DNA of 64,000 bases. Origin: Strigamia acuminata (lineage: Eukaryota). A program made the translations under genes and the position numbers. Each line of letters begins with the position of its first letter. Positions within the stretch are counted from its first letter, which is position 1. Where the stretch lies: positions 22,010,001-22,074,000 of the forward strand of contig OX442314.1 of the NCBI GenBank assembly GCA_949358305.1. The letters run 5' to 3'. Below, one piece after another: positions 31,745 through 43,457 of the stretch. The notes under the pieces were generated by a model. That model was given only the letters and a program-made list of their open reading frames with translations, had not been told where the DNA came from and made no database searches.

Positions 31745-34158
31745 TCTCTTCTCCAGTGTCCCACCTCGTTACAATAATTACAAGGTTTTGTGGTGGAGTT
31801 ATCTGTTTTCGGGTACGGTCGTCTCACGAACTCTTTTTTCTCGTAGGGTTTGTCGCTTTTTGGATTGTGGTGCTCCGTTTTATTCGCGGTCTTCATTCGG
31901 GGTCGGTAGCTTGGGGCGATTTCTTTCCCCATGTTAGCGTGGAGAGTCTCTTCTTCTTGTTGGCTATCGCTGGTATCCCCTCCTGAGTTTTGCTCGGAGT
32001 TATTGTCTTCACTTTCCCTCCCTTCTTCGAGATTAGTTGCGTCGGAGTTTGTACTGGCTTTGTAAGCTTTTGGAGCCGGTATCGGGTTCGAGGTGGCTTT
32101 ATCGTTCGCCTTTTTCGGAGGTGCGGCCTCGATTTCCCCGTTCAGGAAGCTACGCGACTGGATCAGTCTCCCTGCGTCATGATTTTTCGCATGGATACGC
32201 TGTATGCGGAGTTGCGTTTGTGTCCTCTGTTCGGGCGTCAGGGCTTCCGTATAACGATCGTCTACTTCTTCGTGATAGTCATTTACAAATTTTAGCAGCT
32301 GTTCGAAACTATCTGCTGTGGGAGCGTTCATATCTCTCAGTACTTTCTTTGAGGTGTCGTTTAACCCCTTTTCGAAAATCACGTTTTGCGCATATTCGTC
32401 GAGTGGCGTATCCAACTCGTTGAACAAACTTTTCGCTCGTCGGAAATAGGCTCGTAACTCTTCTCCTGCGGCTTGTAGCATGAGACTGACTCTCTGTCTA
32501 ATTTCTTTTTGGGTCTCGCCGTACTGACTGTTGAAAGCGACGACAAACTGTTCCCAAGTTTTTAATTTTGCTTCCACATACCAGGCTCTGGCTTCCCCTA
32601 TTAACATTTCGGGTAGCCCTTTTGTTACCATCTCGTCGGGTTCGGCTCCGAGTCGTGAAATGGTGAGTGCCACTTCGTCTAAGAAGTTATTGCCGGCCCT
32701 CCAGGTTCCGTCGAATCTCATCAGTCGCAACTGTGACCATTTTATGTTTCGGTCCTTTTGTTCTAAAGCCCATTGATCGGCGGAATATTTTCGAAGAAGG
32801 CTCTCGTTTTGTCTTGGGCGATTTCTCAGATTTCGATTTTGGTTGACCTGGGAGTCGGCGCGTGCTCGTTCCTCGAGTGCTCTTAATCTAGCTTCCATTA
32901 TGGGATCGGCTTGGTATTGATTCCCACAGTTCGGGGACGTAGCTCCATTTTGGGGCGCAAATCGTTGGAAATTACCGTTGGTTGAGTTCGGGTCGGTCAA
33001 GGTCGGTGTTGTCGAGTTTGGCTGCGACTCGGTCAGTTGTGTTCCGGGGGGGAAAATTCCGTTTATGGCTGTTCCATTTAGGACCCCGTTCTTCTGTCCG
33101 ATCAAAATGGTCGACCCTCTCCCGCCGTAAAGTTGTGTCTTTAGTCTTGCGGCTTCTCGGTCGACTTCGTTGGCGGCTTGTATTTTAATTCTTTCCGCCT
33201 CGTTTGCGGCTTCGACGTTGGCTTGTACCGTCTGGATATCTTCGAGGCTTGGCATTGCCAACCTGTTCCGTCCTTGCTGGTTTCTGAGGTGGTTTCGCTG
33301 ATTTATCAGTCTAATCATCTCTGCGTTAGGGTCCTTTGGGGTTTGACTGGTGTGGCCAGCTCTCGTAGCAAAGGATTGGGCGATTGCCCACGACTGTTGA
33401 CCCTTATTATTTCGACGGTCCTGCTGGAAGGCTTCCAGGAATTCGTTCTGGATTTCGACTGGCTCGTCCACTATACTATCCCATCCTTGAACGTTGATTC
33501 CTTTCGAGCTGAGGGAATCGGCCTCGCTTTCGTCGTCGGCGTCGGATGTTCGGGTGGAATCATAGGAGTCCGTCGTTTGGTTATTCGTTTTTTGACGTTT
33601 TACGTTTTTTCGACCTCTTCTAAGGGCTCGTTTTTCCGCTCGCTCTTTGGCAAGACGAATGATCATGTTCATCTGTGCTAGCGGGTCCCCTTCTTCGTTG
33701 TAAGGGATTCCCTCCAGTCGAGCGAGTTCGTACGCTTCTTTACAGCTATCGATCTGGGATTTCTTCGAATTATAACCGTGTGTGATCGTGACACGATTAC
33801 TCTGGCGATTATCCTGATTGTCGAATAGGTTATACCCGTTCTGACTTTGTTCGGATTCTTCTTCTTCCTCTTCGACTTCTTCTTCGATTCGCTGATTTAT
33901 CGGCGTTTTATTGGTTGGGTTTTTGCTAGCGGGTACTTTACTAGCCGGCGTTTTTCCGGTCGGCACATTCTCGGGTGGTTTTTCCGCGTGGTTTTCGTTG
34001 ACTGGTGTCTTTCCAGTCGTCTTTTCCCTCGTCGGCTCCGGTGGCTGCTTTTCTAACGCTGGACTAGCTAATGCTTCGGCCCTTGCCTTGGCGGATTCCA
34101 TGGCTTTTCTTCGGGCGCTTGCGGTTGAAGGGTTTCGATTTTTCCCGCTTTTCGTCAT
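31618..34158 (-). CDS. gag: Gypsy Gag
   Basis: ATG (MTKSGK) shortly after the PBS; capsid-like LIGEARAWY...TWEQFVVAFNSQY region; CNYCNEVGHWRRDC zinc knuckle. Confidence 0.95.
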   Translation of the reverse strand: MTKSGKNRNPSTASARRKAMESAKARAEALASPALEKQPPEPTREKTTGKTPVNENHAEKPPENVPTGKTPASKVPASKNPTNKTPINQRIEEEVEEEEEESEQSQNGYNLFDNQDNRQSNRVTITHGYNSKKSQIDSCKEAYELARLEGIPYNEEGDPLAQMNMIIRLAKERAEKRALRRGRKNVKRQKTNNQTTDSYDSTRTSDADDESEADSLSSKGINVQGWDSIVDEPVEIQNEFLEAFQQDRRNNKGQQSWAIAQSFATRAGHTSQTPKDPNAEMIRLINQRNHLRNQQGRNRLAMPSLEDIQTVQANVEAANEAERIKIQAANEVDREAARLKTQLYGGRGSTILIGQKNGVLNGTAINGIFPPGTQLTESQPNSTTPTLTDPNSTNGNFQRFAPQNGATSPNCGNQYQADPIMEARLRALEERARADSQVNQNRNLRNRPRQNESLLRKYSADQWALEQKDRNIKWSQLRLMRFDGTWRAGNNFLDEVALTISRLGAEPDEMVTKGLPEMLIGEARAWYVEAKLKTWEQFVVAFNSQYGETQKEIRQRVSLMLQAAGEELRAYFRRAKSLFNELDTPLDEYAQNVIFEKGLNDTSKKVLRDMNAPTADSFEQLLKFVNDYHEEVDDRYTEALTPEQRTQTQLRIQRIHAKNHDAGRLIQSRSFLNGEIEAAPPKKANDKATSNPIPAPKAYKASTNSDATNLEEGRESEDNNSEQNSGGDTSDSQQEEETLHANMGKEIAPSYRPRMKTANKTEHHNPKSDKPYEKKEFVRRPYPKTDNSTTKPCNYCNEVGHWRRDCPKRKKRKEEKEAAKNDALLEKLTAKFEELTKNWLKQTEKK
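31645..31651 (-). other. -1 ribosomal frameshift slippery heptamer A AAA AAC
   Basis: Gag frame reads ACA AAA AAC TGG; pol frame reads GAC AAA AAA CTG (-1). The site lies inside the gag/pol overlap. Confidence 0.75.
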
Positions 34159-34224
34159 TTCGATAGTTTGCAAAGTTCAAACCGTAAGATATGTTTATTT
34201 AAAATAGTTTGAATGTTCAAAACT

Positions 34225-34242
34225 ATCCCGGACAGACCCCCA
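34225..34242 (-). other. Primer-binding site, tRNA-Pro-like
   Basis: TGGGGGTCTGTCCGGGAT, 2 nt after the 5' LTR; 15/18 identical to the canonical Pro PBS TGGGGGCTCGTCCGGGAT. Confidence 0.85.
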
Positions 34243-34244
34243 CG

Positions 34245-34854
34245 TGTCGTAACCTTGATTCCGGTAAATAAACTTACACAATATCTTACAATAATAACCT
34301 TTTATTTCACACTTGTAATATAATACAAATATACTTAACAATGTTGTGGTCTCGGATCCTTGTCGGCGGATACGATTTGTTGCTGCACGGCAGTCTTACA
34401 CGTGGTTTCTGTTGTCTAGGGTAATGGCGTCTGGCGAAACACGTGTTCGCAAACGCTTCGCTTCGGTAGATATTACTATCGTAGTATTGCTACGATAAAT
34501 ATCTGTGACTGTGATTTATAGATGAATTTGGCAACGGGCATCGATCCTCTATCAATCCGGTAAAACGGCCTGACGGTGAGGTGGTGATGCTAATGTTGCT
34601 CTGGTATCTATAAAGTGGGGGTTTCCGGTCAGATACGGGTTTAAATAGTGGCTGGACCGGAAATGACGTATTTGCATAAATTCGGGGAATTATGCAAATC
34701 TATGACGTTGTCACGTCAGTCCCGCAGAAACGGTAAAACTAGTATAGCTAGTTTTCCCGCAATAATCTGACAATCATTTTACTATCAATATTAAAATTAC
34801 TATTTATTAAGTTATGATTAATTAAAACACTTTTGTGACCTCGTGGTCACCACA
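34245..34854 (-). repeat. 5' LTR (610 bp)
   Basis: Direct repeat of 23458-24067, adjacent to the PBS; TATTTAA TATA-like box and AATAAA on the - strand. Confidence 0.97.
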
Positions 34855-36879
34855 ATTTGTATTTACAATTGTGTATTGGGGTGTATTTTCACAATACATA
34901 TAATACACTCACCCAATCATTTGTAAGTATGATTTTAAATGGTTTTTGCAGTATAGAATAAAGTTTTCTGAAAAGAAAGTATAGGAGAGTTTGGGAATAA
35001 GCTAACTTGTCAGTGCTAGTGTCAATCCAAAAGCTTTCTTCCAAAACGTATTGAGCTGTAGACTGTTAATTTTGCCAACGTTTTAAGTACCCGAACCAAG
35101 TCCTCAATTTTGATGCTAACAAATTGTTTGAATTAATTACTGTCTCATTCATTTAGTTGAAAGCACAATGTAAATTGAAGCTGGCATTTGTTTGTGGATT
35201 AGAAGTGATAGTAATTACAAACAGGAGTTCACTATTGTTGCTTTTATTGACCCTATGTCATGACTGTTACTTTTCATTGCCGACATTAACTTGTGGAAGT
35301 AGCTTCATTTAAGCGAATGTAAATAGGAAAGGAAGGAAGGAAAAGAGAGAGAAAAAGTTGAATAAAATTTTCCTTTGAGCGGATTGCCATCCGAAGAGAT
35401 TTTGTTTGCACACGTTCGATTTCTTGTAGTTTTGGCTCGATGGCTTTTTCCTGTTTGTTCGACTGAGTTTGGGTTAGCCGCAGGAAAGTGCAGCCGTTCG
35501 AGAAGCTTTTTTTCTTCGCCTTTTTCTCTGACCAAGGCGCATATATATCAGTGAATGCACTTTACTAACCGAGGTCAAGTGAACTCGTTCTGTATCTAGC
35601 CTTCAAATTAAATCAGGGTTAAGCTGGGAAGTAAAAATTGTCAGGTGGAAAGCGGTCAATAAATTTTCATTTGCGCATTTCGATGGAATGGAAGATGCCG
35701 GTTCTTTATGATCCATTGACTTTCGCGAAGCAGTTTGGGCGACTTTTTTTCTTCCTTTCTGTCTGGGCGGGGGATGTTCGCATCAAAGTGAATTCACTTT
35801 GTGTTGGAAGCTAATCTATTACCCTTCGGTAGTTTATCAGAAGTTTAATGTATATGTAAACTACGAACATTGTATGCGTCTGAGGCTTTCTGTGCTTTTT
35901 GATGCGTTTATCGGATATTTGCATTCGGAAGAGCCAACATGCATTAACTAGTGGAGTGAAAAAAAATGGAGTAAAAAGTTTTATTTTTTTTTTACTCGGT
36001 TGAATTGGGTAGTTTTAAATGGAAATATATCTAAATTGTGCATCTTAACAGCTATGGTGAGATCAATTTGACCTCATAAACTAAAAAAAAATGTTTTGAT
36101 AAAAAAGGGTGATGGTGTCATTCATCAAAGCACTTTGTTTGCGCAAAAACACTTTTAAAAGGATTGTGGATTATTTGATTTTAAGAATAAAATATAGTTT
36201 CTTGAAAAGCACTAAAAAAATGGGTCGTTCAGTCAAAGGGGTCGTAAGTTTCAAGAATAGAAATGCAAATCATTAAGCTAATGCAAGTTTGATGCCACTT
36301 TTTGTTGTGCTTTTTCTCAATTAGCAGGCATCGTTAAACATCAAAGAAACGATGTAGGATCACATTTGCGATGTATGTATGTATGCCATGTATCTTCTAA
36401 TTGTTTGCGGGCCTTCATTACCGCGCGGGGAGAAGAAAATTTAGGAAATAACGCATGGGTGCGCAATTAGAAGATATATTGTGGATATAAAAGGAAGGAG
36501 GACAAATTTGACCATTCTTGGGAGCATGAAAAAAATTAGCACGGCCTTCGGGCTATTAAACGTGCTAAATTATGCATACGCTACCTGATTATTAATGTGA
36601 AATGGGATGAAATATGTAAAATTTACATAAGCGCATCAGATATAATGGGACACTTCTTCCCTGCTTTAATTCAGGAGATGAAGTCCTTCTAAATCCTCTT
36701 TCAGCAGGGGGCTTTGCCTTTGACTCATTAGAGGTCCTGGAATATGTGCTGAGTCAAATGCATGGTGTCATTAGGCGATCACGCTATGATGGAGGTTGTA
36801 AATGGCTAAAATGCAGATAAAATTGGCGGCTTTTGGAACGAGCCAGCGGATGAGGCGCCTTTCGGACATATGTAGCCAG

Positions 36880-37402
36880 GGAGCGGGGTCCAAATTTGCG
36901 ATGAGCGGATTTGCGATGGAAAAAATTGCAATTTGAAATTTGCGATGATCGGATTTGCGATCTGGCCAAGGGAATCCTGCCGGCCAGCTGGCGCCGCTAC
37001 ACGGTGCCGCGCGATCTGACGGTCATGCAGTGGATCGCCGGCTTCACGGACCGCGTGCAGGCCGCTTCGCAGGCTCCCACCACCGGCGGGGCGAAGGAGC
37101 TCAAAGTGTTGCATGTGTGGCTCGGCGGACTGTTCAATCCGGAGGCGTACTTCTCGGCGACGCGCCAGGGCGTGGCGCTGGCGAAGGCCAACAGCCGGTC
37201 GCTCGAGGAGCTTTCACTGCACGTGACGATCGCCGACAACCAGGAGCACCAGCTAACCATTGGAACCATCGCAAATTTGCAACCGTTGCAACTTTAAATG
37301 TAGTAGTACAAAAATTTTATTCAGCGCAATTTTACAACATTGCAAATGTGATCCCTATTTTTGCGATCGCAAATCAGGGCATCGCAAATATGGTCCTACA
37401 CC
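36880..37402. mobile_element. Non-autonomous TIR element with tandem ATTTGCGAT sub-repeats carrying a gene fragment
   Basis: Four ATTTGCGAT units on the left and inverted ATCGCAAAT units on the right. The right end (reverse complement GGTGTAGGACCATATTTGCGATG) also matches 36351-36373. No TSD found. Confidence 0.6.
36959..37255 (+). pseudogene. DYNC1H1: Cytoplasmic dynein 1 heavy chain C-terminal fragment (about 98 codons)
   Basis: KGILPASWRRYTVP...QWI..F.DRV...GGAKELK.LHVWLGGLFNPEAY.SATRQ...ANS.SLEEL matches the recalled DHC C-terminal sequence (KGILPRSWSHYTVP...[28 protein letters not shown]...ANSWSLEEL). Isolated, with small indels. Confidence 0.88.
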
Positions 37403-38449
37403 ATTGGATGGACCCGCCAAGAAATTGACAGCTTTTGGAAGGTTCTTTTGTTCCTCTCAGATGTTAATAGAGATCAGATTGTTCATCTGGTTGACAGTGG
37501 CGCGTTTATATCACTTTGGGACCCAATTTTGTGTAAATATACTTCAATACCAATGTAAAGATTTTAATTTATTTATGAAATAATATTCATAAAGGAGGAG
37601 AATTAATTTTTGTGTTTTTTAAAGTAGAAACCACATTTATACGTATTTTTGTAAATTCGACGCATTTATGCCTAAACATGCCACTGCTAGTTGGTTCCAA
37701 CAGAAATGCACCTAATGCTTTTGTTGTCGTTTTTTTTATATTGTTTTTGTGAGTAATTTTACAGTTATTCAGTAGAGAACATTTTTATGTGCTTGTGTGT
37801 TTAATGTGCTTAATTTGTGGTATTTATTTATACATATTTTAAACATTGTTTGTTCATGTGGCACACAAAAGTTGTACATATGTTGTATTTTAATGGAATT
37901 AAAGGAACTTAAGAATGCGTTAGGATGCAGAGAGAGAAATAAAATGTGTATAGCACACATAGAAAATTAAGAAATAAAATATTCATGTGAAACAAATTGT
38001 TTGCAACTCTTATTTTTTAGTTTACATATGGTGTAATGAGGAGTGAAATGCATGTTTAATGTTAGACAAGAGAATTAGATGATTTTTTTTCTTTCTTTAT
38101 TAAATTATGAATAGAAGGTGTAGGGCTGAAAACCGAGACTGATAGCAGCTTGTATTTTAATTTCATTACTTATACGGTAAGCTGTACACTAAAAAAAAAA
38201 TCTAATTGATGGTGTTTACTATAATAGTGCAAGTTGAAGGTTTATGGTATCTTGCACAACCTGAATGCAGATGGCGATGACCCTGATCTTCGTCATTTGC
38301 AATTCCAACGTGGTACAACGTTACATAAGTTTCAGGCAAGTGTGCCAACATTGGTGGGCCAAGTTCACAGACATGTTAGCAACTATTGTATTTCTTCGAT
38401 TCTAAGACACAATTTTTTTAGACAAAAACATGGCCTTTTAAACTCTGTA

Positions 38450-38706
38450 TATTGTATTTTATCGATTAAGAGCCGCGGCTCGTATTCAAAACTGTCATTT
38501 TTGTCAGCAATTACAATTTCGGTTTTTCGTTTGTTACATTTGTTTAATGTAACAAACAATGTCTGAACGTCACGAACGAAGCGTATGTTCATCGTTTGTA
38601 AGGTTAAATACGGAAACAATACCGTACTTTTGCAAAAATACGTTATTCTTGGTGTCTTAGCCGCGGCTACTATTGGAGGGCGACTTTTAATCGATAAAAT
38701 ACGGTA
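38450..38706. mobile_element. MITE family A, copy 3
   Basis: TATTGTATTTTATCGATTAAGAGCCGCGGC ... TTTAATCGATAAAATACGGTA; colinear with 16788-17016. Confidence 0.85.
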
Positions 38707-41700
38707 ATAGTTTTATTTTCAAATAAAAATGTTAATTAGTTATAGAGTAATTACATTTTCCTAATCGTCAGATCCCTCTTGCTTTACTCTGTATTTTAGT
38801 TCACTTTTCCCCCACCCCACGACACTGTATCTAGTTCTATTAAAAACCACTGTTAATTGCAGCGGCGCTGGCCGCAGAACTGATAAAGACACTCAGACAC
38901 ATTCTATTTTCTGACTGAGAGTTTATAGTATAGTTTATTACTTTTTGCACTTTTCATTGATAGGTTTAACCATAGCATTTTCTCCAGTATATTCTGAAGT
39001 GTCAAATGAAGTTGTCGGGCTAAATTTGTCAAATTGATCTCGTTGCTGTCATTTACATGGAAGATTCAGTTGTCACATTTCAAGCGTAATCTCATTAGGG
39101 TGCGTGAAAGGGACGGAGAAGGATGGTTTCTTTATTGATAGTAAGCAGAGCTCTTTGTTAGATACTTGAAAATCGGATCTTTTTTTTTTTTTTTATTCCT
39201 TCCTTCCGATCATTGTGGCTTGCTCGCAAACGAAAACTCACTGTTCCATTGCAGATGTATTTGTCTTTGGTCGAAATTTAATTAAAATTTCATTTTGTGT
39301 CGACAGCTGCTGTAAAGCGAAGTCTACGTGTTTTCTTTGGGCTGTTTTCGATAGATTTTTTTCCCTCTTATTATTTTTCTTCCACGGCACATAGCAAAGG
39401 GTGGTGTTTAGTGATATGTAAAAGAGTTTGAAATTAGCTATTATTTTAATGTAGTAATAATTTTTTTTTAATTGAAATGAGATATAAAAATGGGGGAATT
39501 GGAGTAATCTATTTAATTAAGTGGGCATGCAAGATTTAGTTGAGTTTTGTGAGTTGGAATTTAATCTTTTATTTTTAGGTTTGTCTTACAAAAAAAGGTC
39601 TGGGGGCTTTGAGATGAAACTTAATGGAGAATTAATACGAAATTTATTTTTCTCTCTTGAATTTTAATTCGACTTCATACCCAAGAGCAATGAAAAGGAA
39701 GTAGGGACTTGTTAAGGGTCTTAAAGATGAGGGATTTAAGAGCTTAGTGTGTATATGGATTAAGTTTTTTAAATATTAAATTTATAAAGATTTAAAAAAA
39801 ATTAAACATATCGATGAATTTTGAATTTGTTTGTGTTGAATAATCAATTTAGTAATTTTATAAAAACAATTACAGTAAAATAGTGTAGTGATTCTATTGA
39901 ATACGGGTTATAGCGTAAACCAAGGATAACATGCACATTTATGTTCAGTGGATTTTGCCACCGATGGCGCCACATAATATACAGGGTGAACAAAAAGTCT
40001 GTATCTTTACTTAATATTTCTGAAAGTGCTGACAATGCATCTAATCTAATGATGGCAAAGTACTAAAGTTGGGTGGGGCAATCTTTTGGTGACTCGAAAT
40101 TTGACCTTGGGATGTTCCTTCAAGGTCATTGGAAAATTATCTTGAAACCGTTACAGATAGACAGAAATTTCCAATTCTAAACTTGTAGAGCAACATTTAT
40201 TTAGTCTAAAAATGACTACGCCTCAAATCTTTTGTACTAAATTTTTTTGAGAAAATTGCAATTTTAAACTGCTTGTCGCGATCTACGAGTAACTGGAAAA
40301 GTGGCTGCCGATTTAGTCTGTTTTCAGTCGCAGTGGGTATGCGCACGAATTTTAAACAGCAAAAAATGTTTAAATCTGCAAGTTAAACATGGCTTTATGA
40401 TTGCGCTTAGGATTTATTTTTGAAATATTTTTATTTAATATTTTTGTGGTGGTTTGACAGAAAAAAATGTAAGTTATAGTAGCTGAGGTTGGATGTTTTT
40501 CCTCTTTTTATTCTGAATAAAACTATTTTTTTTTTTAATGGATGAGAGTCTGGGAGTTAACGGTAGATTAAATGGAAAAAAGAGGAGAAATTTTAAAGTT
40601 AAAAGACGGCTGGGAAATGGAGCGGGATTCGTGAGGTGGCTCGGTTGGACCCGGGGTTAAGTTAAAAAGTTGAATGCGCAATGAGATGATTCTGTGATGG
40701 ATAAGATTGTGGATGGGTTTTGTGGAACGGAAGAAAAGACCAGGGAGACCCATCTCCTTTTGCGATTCTCTGCCTTTTTTTTCGATTTATCATAAAATAT
40801 GGCTTGCAAAATTTATTTTTCTCCTTGGGGTGGGCTGAGGGAGGCCATTGAGTTGAGCTGCCGACATCAAGTTTTAATATTTGATTCTAAGCAACGCCTA
40901 ATGCTGGTGTTTTGGTTCGCTCGAGGATGGAAATTAAACGTGGGAATTGTGTGATGACAAAGTAGTGGGACAGAAATCATTTTTTGCTTGGAGATAAGAA
41001 ATAAATATAGAAAAGGAATAACATTTTGGGAAGAGAAAAAATGGAATAAATAGGAAAGTACTTTGTATTTAATTTTTGGATTGGATGTGTCATTTTAATT
41101 ATTGGAAATTTTTTTTTTTTTATTGGATGCTTTTATCAAATTTGTCAATAACAAAAGTATACTTAAATTAAAATGAGCAGAAAGTGATGGGAAACTAGAA
41201 TTGGGAAGTGGCTAATTCTTCAAAGTACGAAATGAACTCAATTTCCAGTCATATGTGACATTGAGTTTGCTGAATCGGTTTGAACATTTATAACCAAATT
41301 CAATAAATGGCCAATTGAATTCACTCAACGTCATGTGAATGAGAATTGAGTTTTAAAAAATAAAAATTACTTTTTGCGTGATTTTGTGATTTTGCATTTG
41401 TTTTTTAGCAACTGTTTTTTGGAACTGATATTACGTGATAAATCCAAAAGTGCAAAGTCGTCAAAAATTGCACAATCGCAAAGTTATTAATGAAAAACCT
41501 TTATGAATGTTTAAAAACTATTTCTATATTTATCAGTGTAATGAATACAAATTAATAGAGTAAATAACAATTTTACTTTTTCGAAAACTTACATGATATT
41601 GGCTGAATAAAACACTATGGTTTTGTATTCGAATACAACACTATGGTTTTATTATCGGGGGGGGGGGAAGACGGTAGGTGTCTGAAAGTTTGGAAATAGT

Positions 41701-43457
41701 CAGGAAACCATGAAACCAACCGACCTTTTGGAAATCAAACGCGAATTAAATAACGTGAAAAACGAACAAACACAGCATGTCGAACAGCAAAATCTTGCTG
41801 TTCACCTCGCCTTGTGCTGAGCGAGACGAAATTGCGTGACAAGTTATTGTTTAGCGTCTAGTATTGTTTATAGCATCGTCAGAAAACGACCGAAACAATA
41901 TTATTTTTAGTTTTTCAATTTTCAATTTGTAGTGTTCGTCCAAGATTACATTAGTTCCCTAACCATGCAAAACAAGAAATCGACATCTTGGTTTCTGGTG
42001 TACCCACACTTGAGGGAAAAGCGAGCTTCTTTTCTCAATACTTGTACAAAGGTTTCCAAATCTTTAGTCTGCGAACGATTTAACAAAATTTCTTTTGAAA
42101 TTTGTCTCTTGGGTTGCATGGAAAGTGTGAATTTTTTATTTTATTTTTATTCCAATGCCATTTCCCGCTTATTCCACCTTTGATATTTGAACAAGGGTCA
42201 GTTGTATAAAGTCTTATTTTCTTAAAGAAAAAAGAAAAAAAGGAAAGGAGCAAAGGAAATATTATGCAGAAAGCTCAGCTTGGGAAACTTTTCCAAAATT
42301 GGGTCTCCACTTTTGATCGCATGCAGACATAAAAAGAAAGCGCTATCATGTGGCTTTTCCTTCTAAGCCCATCGAGGGGCTTCTTTTCTTTTATATTTTA
42401 TTTTATTCCTTCTTACATTTCTAGTCTTCTTTGCAAGTTTTAAAACGACCCTATCAAATGCGTTTCTTAAATGCAATATCTGTTGCTTGTTGCACCATCA
42501 TTTCGTTCGTCGCTTGCTGATCTCTACATTGCCGTGTGTGGGTTTGTGGATTGCCGAGCGGGATGTTGAGTGTTGTAAATAGCGTTAGTGTCTTCATATT
42601 TCTTCTAGTGCTCTGGGATGGTTAATTGTAATTGCCGTTGCCGTTGCTCGGTGCCAGTAAAACATCATTTACTGTTGATGGCAAGAAACGCCTTGTCTAA
42701 TGTCATTTGTAATCGGATAGTAACTTTATATAGCAGATTACATTTTTTTGGGTTGTATCAAGTATTTCTTGGACATCATTTGGATTCAGGTCTGTTTCAG
42801 GACTGATTTTTTTTTATTTTTATTATTCTTTCTTTTTTAGGGGAGTTGATACAATGATAGAGAATGTTTTTTTTTTTTTTTTTATATTTTTATTTCTGTG
42901 AATTTTCTCTATTGTCACTGAAAACTGGTTGTGTTGCTCTATTTAATGAGAAATATGAGAAGAAAGTCGCTTGAGTTTTTTTTATTATTTTTTTATTTTT
43001 GTATTTAATGCTGCAGTGAAAGAGATATTGTTTTAGTTTTGAGATGGTTTTATTTGTATTGTTTTAGCGAGTATTTTTTTTTTTTTACTAAAAATCTTTA
43101 TAAACTTTATATTTATCGTTGAAGTGTTTGTCATTTATAGCAGCTGAAAAAAAGAAGCAATTAAAGGAGCTAAATGAGAGTTGATTGTCAAGTGAGTGCA
43201 GTGAGTGTTAATTTTGTTGCCAATTAAAATAGGCAATAAAAATGACTATGGTTTGCTCCTGGGATCTTGATGCCAAATTCAAACTGCACATTCTCTTTCG
43301 TGCACATGAAAACTTAACAGCTAAGAAACACTTGGTGTAAAAGTAAATGGTACCATTTTCAGTAGCAAATATCATTATTTGGTTGTAAGCAATAAATGAG
43401 ACAAGAAGGCAAGGTAAGGCGGTTGTTTTTATTCTGACAGGTGGTAAGCTGTTACAG

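Larger units (their letters stand above)
23458..34854 (-). mobile_element. Full-length Ty3/Gypsy LTR retrotransposon (11,397 bp) with an additional 3' ORF
   Basis: Direct 610-bp TG...CA LTRs, 4-bp TSD ATTT (23454-23457 and 34855-34858), PBS, PPT, gag with CCHC knuckle, pol in PR-RT-RH-IN order, and an extra ORF between pol and the 3' LTR. Confidence 0.98.

Noticed and set aside
36911..37297. Functional dynein gene exon
   Set aside because: No flanking splice sites or other dynein exons in the window; it has indels and a W-to-R change in a conserved motif, and it is bounded by repeat units.
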